The position numbers and the translations under genes were made by a program. A DNA stretch of 47,574 nucleotides from a virus: the IMG/VR virus record IMGVR_UViG_3300025319_000035. One strand, given 5' to 3'. Each line of letters begins with the position of its first letter. Position 1 is the first letter of the stretch. The notes under the pieces were generated by a model that saw nothing but the letters and a program-made list of their open reading frames with translations, searched no databases and was not told where the DNA came from. Below are positions 44,635 to 47,574 of this stretch, one piece after another.

Positions 44635-46371
44635 ATGGTTCTTAGTCTTCCTTTCATACTTGCTTTCATCGGTAGTGCAGTTGCATTAATAGTTGGCATG
44701 GTAATTTATGGAGATATTTCAGAAGCTATTGAATGTCCTGTTGATGAGATAATTGGTGGTGGAGGGGATTCTGATGCAAGAGTTTCTTTAATCTCACAAA
44801 CATTTGATGAAGAACCAATCGATGTAGCTGGTGATTTTAGTGGCGATGTTGGATATATTGGTCATCTTTTATCTGGTGGACAAGATATTTATTCAAACAG
44901 TTTTAAGGTAAGTGGAATTTTTGCACACTTTAGAGCAGGCAGTACACCAACAAACGGAACAATGAGTGCAGTTGTTCTTTCAAACGTAATAGAGGGTGGA
45001 TTATTTGGAAGTGAAGTTGTTGAAACAACAAGTAGCAATTCATTAGACCTTACTACATTACCACTAGCATCAAACATTCAACCTTTAAGAAATGCTACCC
45101 CAAAGTGGAATAGTTTTTTATTTACATTCACCAACCCACCAACACTTAATGATTCTACGGATATGCTATTTGGATTTAAAATTGATGGATTATCTAGTGG
45201 TGCATTTGAATTTGCTTCTTTTGGATCTGGTGAAACAGGAGGTGGAACTTGTTATTTCAATACAGCAGGAAGTGATAGTTGGAATACTTGCAGTGTTACT
45301 GCATTAGGACTTGAAATTCAATTATTAGTAGAGGATGTAACAGATTTTGAAACAACAGGAGGTATTAATCCAAGTGCATTATTAATCCATCATACTTTTG
45401 ATTCAAACACAAGATTTGATAGTGCGATTGATGATACATTATATGTAAATGCTGGAACATTAGGACATGATGGAGATATTTCAGTATTAAACTATGAGAA
45501 GCATCAAGACGATTTTAGTACATGGGTTACTGCTGGAAAAGTTGGTGACGGTGCAGTATTTGTTGGTGATGTAGGTGCAGATGCTAATGCAGAATTAGAA
45601 ATTGGATTTTCTGAAAATGCAGTAACAGAGGAATGGACATTTTTGCATAGTGAATTAGGTAATTTTGGTGCTGTTGATGGCTATTCAATTAACTTATGGT
45701 TAAAAGGTCAATGGACTGATCTATTTGGAACAAATTTTGTACCAATTTTATCTGATCTAGATACAGAACCATTATTTGCTACAGATGGAATGGTATTGGG
45801 AATTAATGGTACAGGTGAAATATTTTATAAATTAGCTACTGATATTGATTCACCGTTTAATGAAGTAACATCAACTCTTGGTGGATTAACAGATAACACA
45901 TGGAGTATGGTTACAATTGTTGTTAATCAAGAACCACAACCACCATTTACTAATTCTGAATTAACTATGTGTATTGATGCTACTTGTCAAATCGTAAATA
46001 ATACAGGTGCATTTGATAAACAATTTTTCATTCCTAACAGATTAACAATTGGTAATGGATTATACATGGATGACTTTATTTCACTTAATGTATTTGCCGA
46101 AAAAATAGACTTTAATATAGACCAACTTTGTATTTGGAAAGATCATCAACTAATCCAATCAGAAATAAATACACTGTATAATTCTGGTGCTGGTACAACT
46201 TGTGGAACTGTTAGCGGATCTGGTGGTGGAGGAGGAAGCGAAGCTCAAGTAGGTTCAGAACAATGCCAACAGGCAAAGGATATTTCTTGGACTGTAATAG
46301 GAATTATTCCAGTCGCATTATTTTTCAGTCTATTTGCAATATTTTCAGCACTAGGTACAGGTAGACAATAA
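44635..46371 (+). CDS. Hairpin-scaffold protein with module X plus LamG passenger (~509 aa), array member 3
   Basis: Same termini; first half resembles the member 1 passenger, second half is LamG-like (SINLWLKG, WSMVTI, MCIDA, IDQLCIW). Confidence 0.9.
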   Translation: MVLSLPFILAFIGSAVALIVGMVIYGDISEAIECPVDEIIGGGGDSDARVSLISQTFDEEPIDVAGDFSGDVGYIGHLLSGGQDIYSNSFKVSGIFAHFRAGSTPTNGTMSAVVLSNVIEGGLFGSEVVETTSSNSLDLTTLPLASNIQPLRNATPKWNSFLFTFTNPPTLNDSTDMLFGFKIDGLSSGAFEFASFGSGETGGGTCYFNTAGSDSWNTCSVTALGLEIQLLVEDVTDFETTGGINPSALLIHHTFDSNTRFDSAIDDTLYVNAGTLGHDGDISVLNYEKHQDDFSTWVTAGKVGDGAVFVGDVGADANAELEIGFSENAVTEEWTFLHSELGNFGAVDGYSINLWLKGQWTDLFGTNFVPILSDLDTEPLFATDGMVLGINGTGEIFYKLATDIDSPFNEVTSTLGGLTDNTWSMVTIVVNQEPQPPFTNSELTMCIDATCQIVNNTGAFDKQFFIPNRLTIGNGLYMDDFISLNVFAEKIDFNIDQLCIWKDHQLIQSEINTLYNSGAGTTCGTVSGSGGGGGSEAQVGSEQCQQAKDISWTVIGIIPVALFFSLFAIFSALGTGRQ

Positions 46372-47489
46372 TGGTTCTTAGTCTTCCTTTCATACTTGCT
46401 TTCATCGGTAGTGCAGTTGGGTTAATAGTCGGTATGGTAATTTATGGCGACATCTCAGAAGCTATCGAATGTCCTGTTGATGGAGGTGTAGGTGGGGGAG
46501 GTCTGACAAATGTAACAAGTTACGATAACTTGGGAACATTAGGATCTATTGCAGATGCTACATATGCTGAATTTGAAGTTGTAGCAGAGTTTCTACCACC
46601 CATCACAGGAAGAATAAATGAAGGGGTAAGACAAGAAGGAACGGATAGTGGAGATTCAAACGGAGAAATTTATTTAGGATCAACACCTTCAACTTGGGAT
46701 TTCTTACATAATAGTGATATTGGTTCAGAAAAAATCAGCATAAACTTATGGGTACGTGGTAACCTTAATACAAGTAGTGCTAGCATAATTGTTCCAATAC
46801 TTACTAACACTTGTGGTGTATTTTTTGAAGGTATAGAACAATGTTCTAATCCGATTTCAGGTGGTGAAAATGGAGTTTACTTACACACAAGAGGATCACC
46901 TGAAATCCCTTTCAGTGAAACAACAGAACTAACAGTAATAGTAAACAATAGCACACAGATGTCACAAGAGGTAGATGATGTTCCATCAGATGATGACTGG
47001 CATATGATAACAGTATTATATAATAAAACAATTGGATTCGGTAAGATTTGTATCGATGGTTCATCAAACTGTGGTGTTGATGGAACAGCAGGTTGGGATA
47101 GTGCTGGTTCAGCAATACATAGATTAACAATAGGTAGTGACAATGATGTTACACAATCAACAGATCATCTTGAACTTACATTCGAAATTGATGATCTGAC
47201 ATTTTGGCATGGGTACACTTTAACAGATACCGATATAGATAATTTATTCAATGGGGGTGCTGGTGCATCTGCTGGTTCGTCAGGTTTAGCAATTTCGGTT
47301 GCAACCCAAAAAGGTCACTGGAATTTTGATAACCCAACTGCAAATGGAGTTAGTGGTGGAGCTCAAGTAGGCTCAGAACAGTGCCAGCAAGCAAAAGATA
47401 TTTCTTGGACTGTAATCGGAATTATTCCAGTAGCATTATTTTTCTCATTGTTTGCAATCTTTTCAGCACTAGGTACAGGCAGACAATAA
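46371..47489 (+). CDS. Hairpin-scaffold protein with LamG/ConA-like passenger (~303 aa), array member 4
   Basis: Same termini; SINLWVRG, DWHMITV, ICIDG, LTIGS and IDDLTFW. Confidence 0.9.
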   Translation: MVLSLPFILAFIGSAVGLIVGMVIYGDISEAIECPVDGGVGGGGLTNVTSYDNLGTLGSIADATYAEFEVVAEFLPPITGRINEGVRQEGTDSGDSNGEIYLGSTPSTWDFLHNSDIGSEKISINLWVRGNLNTSSASIIVPILTNTCGVFFEGIEQCSNPISGGENGVYLHTRGSPEIPFSETTELTVIVNNSTQMSQEVDDVPSDDDWHMITVLYNKTIGFGKICIDGSSNCGVDGTAGWDSAGSAIHRLTIGSDNDVTQSTDHLELTFEIDDLTFWHGYTLTDTDIDNLFNGGAGASAGSSGLAISVATQKGHWNFDNPTANGVSGGAQVGSEQCQQAKDISWTVIGIIPVALFFSLFAIFSALGTGRQ

Positions 47490-47491
47490 CA

Positions 47492-47574
47492 ATGGTTCTG
47501 AGTCTTCCGTTCATACTTGCTTTCATCGGCAGTGCAGTTGCATTAATAGTTGGCATGGTAATTTATGGTGACAT
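47492..47574 (+). CDS. Array member 5 (3' truncated by window edge)
   Basis: ATG GTT CTG AGT CTT CCG... encodes MVLSLPFILAFIGSAVALIVGMVIYGD. Confidence 0.9.
   Translation, partial: MVLSLPFILAFIGSAVALIVGMVIYGD

Larger units (their letters stand above)
1..47574. mobile_element. Segment of a large archaeal (probably Nitrososphaerota) virus or virus-like extrachromosomal element
   Basis: No housekeeping genes. Over 100 short overlapping ORFs (ATGA/TAATG/TTGA couplings), many Zn-finger proteins, homing endonucleases, orphan MTases and a structural module with hydrophobic hairpin capsid-like proteins. Archaeal TATA and SD signals. Confidence 0.85.
42667..47574 (+). repeat. Tandem cassette array with near-identical ~105-bp 5' and ~120-bp 3' arms
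   Basis: The arms differ almost only at synonymous positions; the C-terminal 39 aa are identical in all four complete members. Confidence 0.9.

Noticed and set aside
43260-47143. Minus-strand ORFs 43260-43514, 44460-44699, 44889-45077 and 46877-47143
   Set aside because: Antisense shadows of the array arms and passengers; no independent signals.
42667-47574. Diversity-generating retroelement, shufflon or integron explanation for the array
   Set aside because: No reverse transcriptase, invertase or integrase in the window. All cassettes are co-directional complete genes, arm differences are synonymous and not adenine-specific, and there are no attC-like palindromes.
40801-47574. Type IV pilin/archaellin assignment
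   Set aside because: No basic class III signal peptide or K/R-G cleavage site, and the proteins have a second C-terminal hydrophobic helix, unlike type IV pilins.
1-47574. CRISPR array, tRNA or rRNA genes
   Set aside because: No regularly spaced short repeats, cloverleaf or rRNA-like segments were seen; intergenic space is minimal.
1-47574. Alternative genetic code or stop readthrough
   Set aside because: Recognisable genes are intact under the standard archaeal/bacterial code, and all three stop codons end coupled genes.

Overview
The whole window looks like a segment of a large, AT-rich archaeal dsDNA virus or virus-like element, most likely infecting Nitrososphaerota (Thaumarchaeota). 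The host inference rests on a captured thaumarchaeal-type CDC48 N-domain, archaeal TATA-box promoters with leaderless starts, and GGAGG/GGTGA ribosome-binding sites. Positions 1-34.1 kb are densely packed, mostly co-directional, translationally coupled small ORFs, many of them Zn-finger or membrane proteins. Recognisable cargo there includes two minimal DNA methyltransferases, a dual-specificity phosphatase, DedA, SPFH, SpoIIM-like, MazG-like, RHH and LAGLIDADG genes. Positions 34.2-47.6 kb form a putative virion/structural module controlled by a five-copy promoter motif (TTCTTTTAAATAAGTC[C/A]AC). It holds fibre/FN3/repeat proteins, a divergent GT-C glycosyltransferase, and two 76-aa hydrophobic hairpin proteins resembling spindle-shaped-virus major capsid proteins. 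The ORF track misses these two on the + strand because they lack ATG/GTG/TTG starts and sit behind leaderless uORFs. After a Vsr-type homing endonuclease comes a tandem array of at least 5 genes built on the same hairpin scaffold. Their termini are almost invariant, but large interchangeable passenger domains (LamG-like lectin and an unknown beta module) are inserted between two conserved cysteines. This capsid/pilin display-cassette array is the most striking and possibly undescribed system here. No polymerase, integrase, terminase, HK97 capsid, tRNA, rRNA or CRISPR array was recognised. All family calls come from motif recognition by eye, not database searches.
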